UHGV virus genome: UHGV-1684449
Reading direction: 5' to 3' (one strand)
DNA: 21,062 nt
Origin: a virus
Each line of letters begins with the position of its first letter. The first letter of the stretch is position 1. A program made the translations under genes and the position numbers. Positions 7,867 to 17,058 of the stretch are shown here, piece by piece. The notes under the pieces were generated by a model. It worked only from the letters and a program-made list of their open reading frames with translations. It made no database searches and was not told the DNA's origin.

Positions 7867-8599
7867 ATTAAGCCGCTCGCAGTTTTTGCAGGTATTTGCA
7901 GTGATGCAGTCGATAAAACTGATCAATGGGCATACTTCCAATGGTGCGGCTCCACGTATTCTGTGGGGCAGCAACAATATTGACGGAGTACAATTCGCCG
8001 CGTTGCTTGGTCTAATATCCGAGACGCCATTGATGCAAAGTTTGAAATCACTACCACCTGGATGTATTGCGCCGATCCTGATTAATCCTTTTGTTGAGGG
8101 GGGATATCTTCCCAACGTCGGGCCTGGGTTTATTGCATCCCATGAAACTGAAGATCTTAACATTAATAGCGAAGGGTTCTTTGGGGGAATGGGTGCGCAT
8201 CACTGTATGGCTTTCACGAACCTTATTCGACTTGCCAATAAGCGGGTGGATAGTTTGGCATCGCCAGGTGATGCTTTTACTGGTTTCCTTATCCAAAGGA
8301 GAGATAAAAAGTACAGTGCGGACAAACTACAGTTTGTTGGTAAGTATGGAGAAATGGTAGAAATCGAACTTCAGCTCCCTCATGTTTTAGCAAACGATAG
8401 TGCAGACAGTCGGAGGCTGTTGGGCATCATGCGTCATTTCATAGCAAGTGGTGTTAAACATGCCGCAGATAAACGTGTCACGCAGGAAAATGAGTATTCA
8501 GACTTTGCAAACTATCCCCAACCAACGTTGCAAACGGCAATAGTAGCCAATTCGTTGGAGGCGAGATTATTGGAAAACCCTATATGGGGAACATGGTAA
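7856..8599 (+). CDS. Hypothetical protein (247 aa)
   Basis: Start overlaps the end of the ATPase gene by 11 nt; GAGGGG ribosome-binding site upstream. No family recognised. Confidence 0.5.
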   Translation: MSFKLSRSQFLQVFAVMQSIKLINGHTSNGAAPRILWGSNNIDGVQFAALLGLISETPLMQSLKSLPPGCIAPILINPFVEGGYLPNVGPGFIASHETEDLNINSEGFFGGMGAHHCMAFTNLIRLANKRVDSLASPGDAFTGFLIQRRDKKYSADKLQFVGKYGEMVEIELQLPHVLANDSADSRRLLGIMRHFIASGVKHAADKRVTQENEYSDFANYPQPTLQTAIVANSLEARLLENPIWGTW

Positions 8600-8608
8600 G
8601 GAGACTAT

Positions 8609-9178
8609 ATGAGTAAAAAAATCAGCGTAGTTGGTGTTGATCCCTCAATGAGCAACTTTGGGCTTGCTGTGGGCACTTTAGACCTTGAGACGGACGAACT
8701 TGAGATTCACGGCCTTACTCTTGTTGAGACTAAAGCGGGGAGTAACAAAAAGACCGTTCGTGTGAACAGTGACGATCTGCGCCGAGCCAGTGAAATATGG
8801 CGTGTTGCGAAGCCAATCATTGATAAGGCAAATATGGTTTTTTGTGAGCTACCGGTTGGGAGCCAAAACTCTCGTTCGCAGACGTCTTACGGTATTTGTA
8901 TCGGTGTACTTGCGTGTGTGGATAAGCCATTGATCCAGGTTACTCCAAACGAAATCAAGCATTTTGTCGGCAATAAACTTACTACATCGAAAGAAGAGAT
9001 TATCCAGTGGGCTACGAAAAAACACCCTAAAGCACCGTGGCTGCGTCGTAAGCAATCTGGACAGGATGTTCTCGTGAACAAAAACGAACATTTGGCTGAT
9101 GCGGTGGCTGCCATCCATACCGGTATGCAAACAGATCAGTTTCGCCAGGTGCGCGATGTTCTCAAGTCTCTCATTTGA
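8609..9178 (+). CDS. RuvC-like Holliday junction resolvase (RNase H fold), putative
   Basis: N-terminal VVGVDPSMSNFGLAVG resembles the RuvC GIDPGSRVTGYGV motif; C-terminal ADAVAAIHTG resembles RuvC ADALAIAITH. AAGGAG ribosome-binding site upstream. Confidence 0.5.
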   Translation: MSKKISVVGVDPSMSNFGLAVGTLDLETDELEIHGLTLVETKAGSNKKTVRVNSDDLRRASEIWRVAKPIIDKANMVFCELPVGSQNSRSQTSYGICIGVLACVDKPLIQVTPNEIKHFVGNKLTTSKEEIIQWATKKHPKAPWLRRKQSGQDVLVNKNEHLADAVAAIHTGMQTDQFRQVRDVLKSLI

Positions 9179-9186
9179 TCTCGTTG

Positions 9187-9206
9187 ATAGGTAAGTGCTT
9201 ATCTAT
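9187..9206. promoter_or_regulatory. Copy of the recurring 8-4-8 palindromic motif (ATAGGTAA-GTGC-TTATCTAT)
   Basis: Intergenic, between the RuvC-like gene and nrdA. Confidence 0.4.
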
Positions 9207-9212
9207 TAACAT

Positions 9213-9245
9213 GGGCCACTATATTTAGTGGCCCTCTTTATTTGG
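9213..9245 (+). terminator. Rho-independent terminator-like hairpin
   Basis: 9-bp stem GGGCCACTA / TAGTGGCCC (9213-9221 / 9226-9234) followed by T-rich TCTTTATTTGG. Confidence 0.5.
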
Positions 9246-9251
9246 TGATAC

Positions 9252-11567
9252 ATGATAAGCATCGTAAAACGTAACGGCCAAACAGAGCCGTTATCCGAAG
9301 AAAAATACAACCGCGTCGTAATGTATGGCGTAGAAGGCATTCGTGGTGTAAGCGCATCCGCTGTAGCAATGGGAGCTGCGGCCAGCATTTTTGATGGGAT
9401 TACCACCAGCCAGTTGCATGAGGCTTTGGTTAAATCTGCCGCTGATTTGATCTCACCAGAAGCACCAAATTACTCACAGGTGGCTGCCCGCCTGAACATT
9501 TTTAAAATCCGCAAAGATGCCTTCGGTCGTTACGACTATCCGAACTTCTACCAACACATTGTCAAGAACGTTAACAAGGGCGTTTATGACAAGGATTTGC
9601 TGACACATTATTCGTTTGAAGAGATCGAAGAACTCGGCAATTACATTAAGCCGAAACGTGACGATCTTTTTGGCTATGCAGCTACGGTGCAGTTGCAAAG
9701 CAAATACCTCGTTCAAAACCGTGTTACTGGTGAGATTCATGAGGGGCCGCAACATATCTATATGCTGGTAGGCATGTGTCTGTTCCAGAATTGGGAAGAC
9801 GACTGCGCTGGCAAAACACGTATGGAGATGGTCAAAGGTTTCTATGACGTTACAAGTACGTTCAAACTGTCTCTGCCCACACCAATCATGGCCGGCGTCC
9901 GTACTCCAACCCGTCAGTTCTCCAGTTGTGTGCTGATTGAGTCTGGCGATAGTCTGAAAGGGATTAGTGCAGCTTCAGCCGCAATTATCGACTACGTTTC
10001 ACGTCGTGCTGGAATTGGTATTGGTTTTGGCCGTATCCGTGCGCTGGGCAGCGAGATCCGCAATGGTGAAGCCACCCATACCGGAGTTATTCCATTCCTG
10101 AAGCATTTCCAGACGGCTGTTAAATCTTGTTCGCAAGGTGGTGTTCGTGGTGGCGCAGCAACAGCGTTTTACCCGATCTGGCATCTTGAAGTTGAAAGTC
10201 TGCTGGTGGTGAAAAATAACCGTGGTATTGATGAAAACCGCGTTCGCCATCTTGATTACGGCGTCATGAGTAACCGTCTAATGTACCGTCGACTCGTCAG
10301 AAGCGAGAACATCACTCTGTTCAGCCCGCATGATGTGCCTGATATGTACGAAGCCTTCTTCACAGACCAGGATCTGTTTGAAAAGCTGTACCATAAATAC
10401 GAAGCCGATGATTCAATTCGCAAGAAGTCAGTGTCTGCCATTGAGCTGTTCTCATCTCTGATGCAGGAACGAGCGTCCACGGGCCGAATTTATATTGCGA
10501 ACGTCGATCATATTAATGAGCATGGCGCTTTCATTCCTGCTCTTGCACCTGTCCGCCAGTCAAACCTGTGCATGGAGATCACTCTACCCACTCGTCCACT
10601 GGCATTTACCGACGACCCGAACGGTGAGATCGCGCTATGCACTTTATCCGCTTTTAACCTCGGAGCCATCCGTTCACTGGAGTCTCTTAAAGAGGTGGCG
10701 TTCTATGCCGTTGCTGCACTGGATTCGTTACTGGATTATCAAGACTATCCGATGGAGGCAGCCGCAGTGCCTGCCAAAGCTCGTCGTAGCTTGGGAATTG
10801 GTGTAACCAACTTTGCTTATTACCTGGCAAAGAATGGCGTTCGTTATTCTGATACCGCTGGCAATAAACTGGTGCATGAAACGTTCGAAGCTATCCAGTA
10901 TTACCTTCTTGATGCCAGCTGCCGACTTGCTGAAGCAAAAGGTGAGTGTGACTGGTTTGAGCAGACCAAGTACGCAATTGGTCAGTTGCCGATCGACCAT
11001 TACCGTTCTTCATTAGACGAAAGTGGCGAAACCAACTTTGAGTTAAAGATGCCGTGGGAAGAACTGCGTGAACGTATTGCAAAATACGGCCTTCGCAACT
11101 CCACACTGACGGCACAAATGCCATGCGAGACTTCCAGCCAGATCACTAATTCCACCAACGGCATCGAACCGCCTCGTGGCCCGGTGTCGGTGAAATCTTC
11201 TAAGGACGGCATCGTTAAGATGGTCGTGCCTGAGTTTGAAAAACTGAAGGAACAGTATGAATACCTGTGGGATATGCCGGACAACCGCGGCTATCTGACA
11301 AAGGTGGCGATCATCCAGAAGTTCTTTGACCAGGCTATTTCAGCCAATACCAACTATGACCCTTCTCGCTTTGAAGGCGATAAAGTCCCAATGATGACGC
11401 TACTGTCAGATTTGCTTCTCGCCTACAAGATGGGAGTTAAAACGCTTTACTACCACAACACCAGAGATGGGGCAGGAAAGCGTGATGACGACGAACCGCA
11501 GAATCCACTGACGCAAGCTGTAGCCGTCGAGCCAGAAGATGAGTGCGACGGAGCCTGCAAAATCTGA
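9252..11567 (+). CDS. nrdA: Ribonucleoside-diphosphate reductase alpha subunit (class Ia)
   Basis: 771 aa with high similarity along its length to E. coli NrdA as I recall it, including LPTPIMAGVRTPTRQFSSCVLIE, SCSQGGVRGGAATAFYP, VRQSNLCMEI, ISANTNYDPSRF and the C-terminal CDGACKI redox tail. Confidence 0.95.
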   Translation: MISIVKRNGQTEPLSEEKYNRVVMYGVEGIRGVSASAVAMGAAASIFDGITTSQLHEALVKSAADLISPEAPNYSQVAARLNIFKIRKDAFGRYDYPNFYQHIVKNVNKGVYDKDLLTHYSFEEIEELGNYIKPKRDDLFGYAATVQLQSKYLVQNRVTGEIHEGPQHIYMLVGMCLFQNWEDDCAGKTRMEMVKGFYDVTSTFKLSLPTPIMAGVRTPTRQFSSCVLIESGDSLKGISAASAAIIDYVSRRAGIGIGFGRIRALGSEIRNGEATHTGVIPFLKHFQTAVKSCSQGGVRGGAATAFYPIWHLEVESLLVVKNNRGIDENRVRHLDYGVMSNRLMYRRLVRSENITLFSPHDVPDMYEAFFTDQDLFEKLYHKYEADDSIRKKSVSAIELFSSLMQERASTGRIYIANVDHINEHGAFIPALAPVRQSNLCMEITLPTRPLAFTDDPNGEIALCTLSAFNLGAIRSLESLKEVAFYAVAALDSLLDYQDYPMEAAAVPAKARRSLGIGVTNFAYYLAKNGVRYSDTAGNKLVHETFEAIQYYLLDASCRLAEAKGECDWFEQTKYAIGQLPIDHYRSSLDESGETNFELKMPWEELRERIAKYGLRNSTLTAQMPCETSSQITNSTNGIEPPRGPVSVKSSKDGIVKMVVPEFEKLKEQYEYLWDMPDNRGYLTKVAIIQKFFDQAISANTNYDPSRFEGDKVPMMTLLSDLLLAYKMGVKTLYYHNTRDGAGKRDDDEPQNPLTQAVAVEPEDECDGACKI

Positions 11568-11572
11568 CATAT

Positions 11573-11600
11573 GGTGGGGGATATCCCCACCTTCTCTTTG
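11573..11600 (+). terminator. Hairpin plus T-rich tract between nrdA and nrdB (terminator or attenuator-like)
   Basis: Stem GGTGGGG / CCCCACC (11573-11579 / 11585-11591) followed by TTCTCTTTG. Confidence 0.4.
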
Positions 11601-11671
11601 ATTTGTAAACCTTGTTTAAACAAATAAGATAACAACTTGTTTAAACACATCAATAAGCAAAAGGAAAACAC

Positions 11672-12814
11672 ATGTCATATTCAACGTTCCGTTTGGGTGC
11701 TAATGATGCAACCAAAGAGCCTATGTTCCTCGGACAATCTGTCAACGTGGCACGTTACGATCAGCAAAAATACCGTGATTTTGAAAAGTTGATTGAACGT
11801 CAATTGTCTTTCTTCTGGCGGCCGGAAGAAGTTGATATTTCGAGCGATCGTATCGACTTCAACACGAAGCTGCGGGACCACGAACGTCACATTTTTCTGA
11901 GCAATCTCCGTTATCAAACGTTACTCGATTCAGTTCAGGGACGTAGCCCAAATGCAACGCTGCTGCCGCTTATCTCTATTCCTGAACTGGAAACGTGGGT
12001 TGAAACATGGTCTTTCTCTGAGACTATCCATAGCCGCAGCTACACCCACATTATTCGTGGCATGGTGGACGATCCGAGCATTGTTTTTAACGGTATTGTT
12101 ACGGATGAAGAAATCATCAACCGAGCGATCAGTATCTCTGCTGAATATGACAGGCTTTATGGGATGACCTGCGAGCGCCAGTCGTTAGGTGAGAAAGAGT
12201 TTGAACGTCTGTACGTAAATGAATATGGCTGGGAGCCATACCCTTTGCACCGTCAGCTTTTCCGCACGTTGGTGTCCATTAATGCGCTTGAGGCGATCCG
12301 TTTCTATGTAAGTTTTGCATGTACGTTTGCCTTTGGCGAACGGAAGTTGCTTGAGGGCAACACCAAAATTATGCGCTTTATTGCCCGTGATGAAGCTCTG
12401 CATTGCGAAGGAACTGAACGCATGATCCGCTTCATGCGTACCGGTCGCGAAGGTTTATTGTGGAAAGAGATTGCTGCTGATGAAGAAAACGTCATTTACG
12501 ACACCATGAAATCAGTCGCCGAACAAGAAATGAACTGGGCAGACTATCTCTTCAAAGACGGTTCGATGATTGGTTTAAACGCGGATATTCTGAAGACCTA
12601 TGTAAAATACCGCACCAATCTGGCTATGAATCGTCTTGGCCTGAAGGCTTTATTTCCAGAAGTTACCACAGATCCGCTGGTCTGGATGAACAAGTGGTTG
12701 TTAACCGACACACTGCAAATTGCACCACAAGAGGCAGAGCAAAGCACATATCTGGTAGGTCAGATCGATTCTACCGTGGATAAGGCTTCTCTAAGCCAGT
12801 TTGCAGACCTGTAA
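11672..12814 (+). CDS. nrdB: Ribonucleoside-diphosphate reductase beta subunit (class Ia)
   Basis: 380 aa, very similar to E. coli NrdB as recalled: [68 protein letters not shown] and RDEALH. Preceded by the leader AAAAGGAAAACACATG. Confidence 0.95.
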   Translation: MSYSTFRLGANDATKEPMFLGQSVNVARYDQQKYRDFEKLIERQLSFFWRPEEVDISSDRIDFNTKLRDHERHIFLSNLRYQTLLDSVQGRSPNATLLPLISIPELETWVETWSFSETIHSRSYTHIIRGMVDDPSIVFNGIVTDEEIINRAISISAEYDRLYGMTCERQSLGEKEFERLYVNEYGWEPYPLHRQLFRTLVSINALEAIRFYVSFACTFAFGERKLLEGNTKIMRFIARDEALHCEGTERMIRFMRTGREGLLWKEIAADEENVIYDTMKSVAEQEMNWADYLFKDGSMIGLNADILKTYVKYRTNLAMNRLGLKALFPEVTTDPLVWMNKWLLTDTLQIAPQEAEQSTYLVGQIDSTVDKASLSQFADL

Positions 12815-12891
12815 ACCGATACAAAGCATTATGTGGCCTGGCAACGCTGGGCCACAATGGATCACAAGAATTAAGAAGGAACAAAACTAGC

Positions 12892-13761
12892 ATGAACTTT
12901 ACCAAACTGACTGACCACCTGAAACTTGCCACCGATCGACTCATTGGATTTAAGCCAGAACCATATGAGTTGCATGAAGGTCATGGTGTAGCTACTGAAA
13001 GTATTTACAAGATGGTCGATCAGTTTCATGAACTCTTCCAGCATCCGAGACGCGTTATGCCGACACCAGAGCTGCTTCGTCTCCGTGCAAGCCTGATTCA
13101 TGAAGAAGCTGTAGTGGAAGGTATTCCAGCCGCAATGAATGGGGATATTGAGCAACTGCTGGATGCAATGGCCGACTTTTTATACGTTGGTGTTGGTACG
13201 ATGGTCGCCATCAAAGGTGGTATTTCTACCGGCATGACCTATTACACGCAGGAACAGAGCATTGATCGCTTTATGCAGACAATTTTTGTGCCTGGTAACA
13301 CTGTTTTCGATGATATGGCAATGCCATTTCAGGAAGCTCGTGAGGCGTCATGTATGCTCGAAGAGCTGGCAGATAAACTTGAGAACAAGACTGTTAAGGA
13401 TTCTGAGCTGATTCAGGAACTGCGCCGTGTAATGAACAAAATCTATGTGGCGTGCATGATGACCTATCGACTGGCTGATTTCCTCGGTATCAATGTCGTC
13501 GAGCTGGTTGGCGAAATTCATCGGTCCAACATGACAAAATTATGGCCTGCAGATGCCGAAGAGCGTCGCCATGCTGTGGCCAACTGCAAATACGACTCTT
13601 CTGACCTGGGATTTCGCCATGCTGATGGCACCGATAAGATGATCGGTTTTCGAATTTCCGATGGAAAGATTCTGAAGTCTCCAACCTATAGTGATGTCGA
13701 TTTATCCTCCTTTGTTGAGCAAGCTAAAGCCTCAGCAATGTACGGAATGATCAAAAAATAA
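12892..13761 (+). CDS. Putative MazG-like nucleoside triphosphate pyrophosphohydrolase
   Basis: HEEAVVEGI...DIEQLLDAMADFLYV is an E-x2-E ... E-x2-D pattern typical of all-alpha MazG/HisE-type pyrophosphatases. It lies within the nucleotide-metabolism cluster. Assigned from pattern only. Confidence 0.45.
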   Translation: MNFTKLTDHLKLATDRLIGFKPEPYELHEGHGVATESIYKMVDQFHELFQHPRRVMPTPELLRLRASLIHEEAVVEGIPAAMNGDIEQLLDAMADFLYVGVGTMVAIKGGISTGMTYYTQEQSIDRFMQTIFVPGNTVFDDMAMPFQEAREASCMLEELADKLENKTVKDSELIQELRRVMNKIYVACMMTYRLADFLGINVVELVGEIHRSNMTKLWPADAEERRHAVANCKYDSSDLGFRHADGTDKMIGFRISDGKILKSPTYSDVDLSSFVEQAKASAMYGMIKK

Positions 13762-13830
13762 TTGTAGGTAGTTATCTATCTGTGTATATTGCGTTGGCGC
13801 GTTAAATTTCTGAAACAACTATTCGTTTTT

Positions 13831-13856
13831 GGTGGCCTATGGCCACCATTTTTTTA
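13831..13856 (+). terminator. Rho-independent terminator
   Basis: Stem GGTGGCC / GGCCACC (13831-13837 / 13841-13847) with a TAT loop, followed by ATTTTTTTAT. Confidence 0.65.
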
Positions 13857-13932
13857 TCTATCTGGCCTTGTTCCCTCAATAAATGTAAACTCACTTAATT
13901 AATAAGTGGTTACTTATCTTTGTGAGGTTTTT

Positions 13933-15036
13933 GTGTCACTCCTTTTGAATCGTGAGCATACGAACGGTCAGGTAACAAACGCATCGTATGCAAAAGTTAT
14001 TGAGACGGTGCTTAAAAGCGGCGTGCAGGCTGATGATCGCACAGGCACTGGTACTTTAAGCACCTGCTACGTTCCCTCTTACTACATGCTTACTGGTGGG
14101 ACTGTGCCGCTTATTTCTGGAAAGGCGGTAAATCTTAAGCCACTGCTTGTCGAACTTGAGTGGTATCTGAAAGGCACGGGCAACATCCAATTTCTCAAGG
14201 ATAACGGCGTTAAGATTTGGGATGCATGGGCCGATGAGAATGGCGATTTGGGGCCGGTTTACGGTAAGCAGTGGCGTCGATGGGAAGATACCCGCATCGT
14301 GAGCCATAGTGAATATCTGAGCAAGATCGATACTTTCCGTGAACGCGGGTACAAAGTCGAGGGATACCTGGGTATCAGTGAAGATCGCGTAGTGCTGTCC
14401 CGTGAAATCGATCAGCTACAGCGTATTGTCGATACACTGCGCACGAACCCCACCGATCGTCGTATCATGCTTAACGCATGGAACGTAGGCGAGCTTGAGG
14501 ATATGAAACTGCCACCTTGCCACTTTGTCTTCTCTTTGTGGAGTCGTGAGCTTGATTTTGAAACCCGTTTAACGATGGCAACTGACATTGGTCTTCAACA
14601 CAGTCGCCTCGGTTATGAGTCTATCTACACCAAGATGCTATACGATCTGGAGATGGACGGCAGTGTTACTGAAACTGAACTGGATGAACTTGGAATCCCC
14701 AAACGCATCCTCAACTCCTGCCTCGTACAGCGTAGCGTAGACACTTTTGTTGGTATGCCATTCAATATTGCTGGCTATGGCATTCTCACTCATTTTCTCG
14801 CGAAGATTACGGGTCACATGGCCGGTGCATTTGTACATTTTGGCTTTGACGTGCATTTGTACAACAACCACATGGAAGGTGTGTGTGAGCTAATGAAACG
14901 ACAGGCTCCAGAGCATTCAGATCCGGTCGTTATTTTCCCTCATGAATGGTCTGAGCTGGATGATTTCAAATGGGACGATATTCTGATTCTTGGCTATGAC
15001 CCTCTACCGTGGATCAAGGTTCCAGTGGCGGTGTGA
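13933..15036 (+). CDS. thyA: Thymidylate synthase (ThyA family) with internal insertions
   Basis: Conserved ThyA motifs DRTGTGT, GPVYGKQWRRW, DRRIMLNAWNVGELEDMKLPPCH (catalytic Cys), QRSVD...PFNIAGY and the C-terminal GYDP...IKVPVAV. The track ORF begins at GTG 13906; I prefer the in-frame GTG at 13933 because GAGG at 13924-13927 gives a better ribosome-binding site. The start is uncertain. Confidence 0.85.
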   Translation: MSLLLNREHTNGQVTNASYAKVIETVLKSGVQADDRTGTGTLSTCYVPSYYMLTGGTVPLISGKAVNLKPLLVELEWYLKGTGNIQFLKDNGVKIWDAWADENGDLGPVYGKQWRRWEDTRIVSHSEYLSKIDTFRERGYKVEGYLGISEDRVVLSREIDQLQRIVDTLRTNPTDRRIMLNAWNVGELEDMKLPPCHFVFSLWSRELDFETRLTMATDIGLQHSRLGYESIYTKMLYDLEMDGSVTETELDELGIPKRILNSCLVQRSVDTFVGMPFNIAGYGILTHFLAKITGHMAGAFVHFGFDVHLYNNHMEGVCELMKRQAPEHSDPVVIFPHEWSELDDFKWDDILILGYDPLPWIKVPVAV

Positions 15037-15037
15037 T

Positions 15038-15451
15038 ATGGCAAGAGGTATGTATGTCTTATGCGAAATTGAAGGTGTGCTGGCAAATACCAGCCATCGT
15101 AAATCTGTATCTGACGCGGATGCAGGCCAGCTCATTGCCGGTGATGAACTCATTTTCCCCACCAGCCGTATGTTGCGTGGTTTTGCTCGCTCAGGGGCTG
15201 AAGTGGTGCTTATCAGTAGCCGCTCTGAAACTCTTGAAGCGCCCACTAAACGATGGCTGAAAGATTTTGGCGTTGATTACGACTGGCTTCATCTCGTACC
15301 GAATGGCACCAGTTATGAGAAGCATATTAAGCGCACATTAGCGGAGCATAAAGGCGATCTGCTTATCGCTGCGCTGGTGCACGATCCTCGACTCCGTGCC
15401 GCTTTAGCTGACTCTCATCATAGACCGGTCATCTATGAGGTGAGCAAATGA
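15038..15451 (+). CDS. Hypothetical protein, possibly a HAD-like phosphatase fold (137 aa)
   Basis: ORF between the thymidylate synthase and dihydrofolate reductase genes. YVLCEIEGVL resembles HAD motif I (hhhhDxDGxL) but with Glu at both Asp positions; VVLISSRS and GDLLIAALVHD could be motifs II and IV. Start trimmed to the first ATG after the thyA stop. Confidence 0.4.
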   Translation: MARGMYVLCEIEGVLANTSHRKSVSDADAGQLIAGDELIFPTSRMLRGFARSGAEVVLISSRSETLEAPTKRWLKDFGVDYDWLHLVPNGTSYEKHIKRTLAEHKGDLLIAALVHDPRLRAALADSHHRPVIYEVSK

Positions 15452-15924
15452 AGATGATAGCTGCTGTTGGCCGTAACTATGAGATCGGCATAGCGAACGA
15501 ACTGCCCTGGCGTTGTTCTACCGATCTGAAGCTATTTAAGAGACTCACCAAAAACGCCACTGTCGTTATGGGGCGTAAAACGATGGAAAGTCTCAAACGC
15601 CCTCTTCCAGAGCGTCATAACCTCGTTTTGACGCGCTCTCATGGCTTTGTACCAAATGGATTCTACCCTGCTGGTGTGGATGATGTGTTGCGATTACCAG
15701 AGCCTGTGTGGGTGATTGGCGGGGAACAAATTTACTCGCTATTCATGCCGCATGTTGAAGAGATTTGGCTCTCCCACATCGGCGTTGATGTGCCAAACGC
15801 CGATGCATTCTTCCCGGCAAGCATGATGCGTAATTTAGGCTTTGTGCCTGTTGAAACAGTTTTTACCCAACGAGCCAGCGAGGAAGAGCCTGGCTTTTCG
15901 CAGATCGTATACAGAAGGTCGTAA
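15448..15924 (+). CDS. folA: Dihydrofolate reductase
   Basis: 158 aa. MIAAVGRNYEIGIANELPW, VVMGRKTMESLKRPLPERHNLVLTR and VWVIGGEQIY match the DHFR family pattern (E. coli FolA: MISLIAALA...MPW, [34 protein letters not shown]). GAGGTG ribosome-binding site; start overlaps the upstream stop. Confidence 0.85.
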   Translation: MKMIAAVGRNYEIGIANELPWRCSTDLKLFKRLTKNATVVMGRKTMESLKRPLPERHNLVLTRSHGFVPNGFYPAGVDDVLRLPEPVWVIGGEQIYSLFMPHVEEIWLSHIGVDVPNADAFFPASMMRNLGFVPVETVFTQRASEEEPGFSQIVYRRS

Positions 15925-16568
15925 TGGATTACCGGATTGGGATCACTGGTGCTCAGGGCAGTGGGAAAACAACCCTGGCAAAATATATCGACAAACATTA
16001 CGGAATCCCTTACGTGGATGCTGGTGTCGGAAGTTTGATGAGCCGACTCGGTGTTCGAGTAGGTGAGTCTATGCCTCTATATGAGCGGCTTCAGATTCAA
16101 ATGGAAATAGCAAAGCATATAGAGCTACTTACGCGTGGTGTTGAAGGCTTTGTTATCGATCGCACACCTGCTGATGTTATGGCCTACACGTTGGATTTGG
16201 TCGGCCATACCAATGAAGATCGATGTATTGAGTTAGCCCTCGATATCGAAAAGTTTTGCCACAAAACTGCTATTTCAAACTTTAACGCCATTGCTGGCCT
16301 ACGCCCGGGGGTCGCTCTCTCAGAGCGAGATTACTTGCGGTCACAACGAGCATCATTAGACCGTCTGTATGTCGCTCGTATTGATGCGTTGATGTGCGGG
16401 GAACTGACAAAAATTCACCTGCATCCGCAAAGGGGGGATCTGCAAACCTTCGTCGTTTCCAACCGATATCGCACGGTTGAAGCAAGAGCCAGATCAGTGA
16501 TGAGAATGCTAGATAACGCTGTAGAAAAGATAGAAAACCGGTTCTGTGGCCGAGTGACCGTTCATTAG
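15924..16568 (+). CDS. P-loop NTPase, putative nucleotide or nucleoside kinase
   Basis: Walker A GITGAQGSGKTT at the N-terminus; size and genomic context are consistent with a dNMP kinase-like enzyme. Translationally coupled to the upstream gene (TAATG). Specific function not established. Confidence 0.4.
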   Translation: MDYRIGITGAQGSGKTTLAKYIDKHYGIPYVDAGVGSLMSRLGVRVGESMPLYERLQIQMEIAKHIELLTRGVEGFVIDRTPADVMAYTLDLVGHTNEDRCIELALDIEKFCHKTAISNFNAIAGLRPGVALSERDYLRSQRASLDRLYVARIDALMCGELTKIHLHPQRGDLQTFVVSNRYRTVEARARSVMRMLDNAVEKIENRFCGRVTVH

Positions 16569-16629
16569 AAATTGTTCGCCTCTTCGACATTGCGACAATA
16601 AAACTCTCAAAATGGGTTAAGGATAAAAA

Positions 16630-17049
16630 ATGTTTAGTGAAATGTTGCTTGAAGATGAACTGGATCGGAAAACAACAGAGGCTTTGATTCGTGTAGCGGA
16701 CGAACATTCCCGGTCGCTTATGAGCGATCGAGAGGCTCGCCTGGCTATTCGTGCCATATTCGAAACTGCGCAGGGGCTTGTTGGCGCACAAGTAGGTGAA
16801 GCCATTAACATCGCCATGTCTCAGTTCAGTGAAGACAGTAAAAAGCCTCTGTTTCCTATGCATTTGATGCTGGCTGGTGGCACGGTGCTTTATATCTCTG
16901 TTTGTCTGGATAGCAACCAAATCAATATTCTCAACACTGCGTCAGGTAAGTGGAAAGATCCGATTGTCTGTGAAACCAGTGAAGAAACTTTGAAAAAAGC
17001 GGCTCAATTTGTACGTAGCGCACTACTTAAGGGCGCTAAGAAGTTGTAA
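16630..17049 (+). CDS. Hypothetical protein (139 aa)
   Basis: ORF with an AAGGA ribosome-binding site. No family recognised. Confidence 0.5.
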   Translation: MFSEMLLEDELDRKTTEALIRVADEHSRSLMSDREARLAIRAIFETAQGLVGAQVGEAINIAMSQFSEDSKKPLFPMHLMLAGGTVLYISVCLDSNQINILNTASGKWKDPIVCETSEETLKKAAQFVRSALLKGAKKL

Positions 17050-17058
17050 GGAGTTCTG

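Noticed and set aside
9252-12814. Introns or inteins interrupting nrdA, nrdB or thyA, as occurs in some phages
   Set aside because: All three reading frames are continuous, with conserved motifs in the expected order. The thyA size increase is explained by in-frame insertions rather than an intervening sequence.
13933-15036. Thymidylate synthase homolog as a dUMP or dCMP hydroxymethylase (modified-base pathway)
   Set aside because: The specificity-determining Asn in PFNIA fits dUMP rather than dCMP, and a DHFR gene is encoded just downstream, which fits a true thymidylate synthase that produces dihydrofolate. A dUMP hydroxymethylase cannot be fully excluded without assay.
14990-15037. ORF start at 14990 overlapping the 3' end of thyA
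   Set aside because: It would overlap 47 nt of the thymidylate synthase gene in another frame. The first ATG after the thyA stop (15038) is more parsimonious.
406-16920. Numerous minus-strand ORFs of 60-120 aa from the six-frame track lying inside plus-strand genes (for example 406..597, 6094..6390, 7410..7757, 10728..11000, 16282..16920)
   Set aside because: Each lies antisense within a well-supported plus-strand gene with strong homology signals and lacks start-site signals. They are treated as shadow ORFs.
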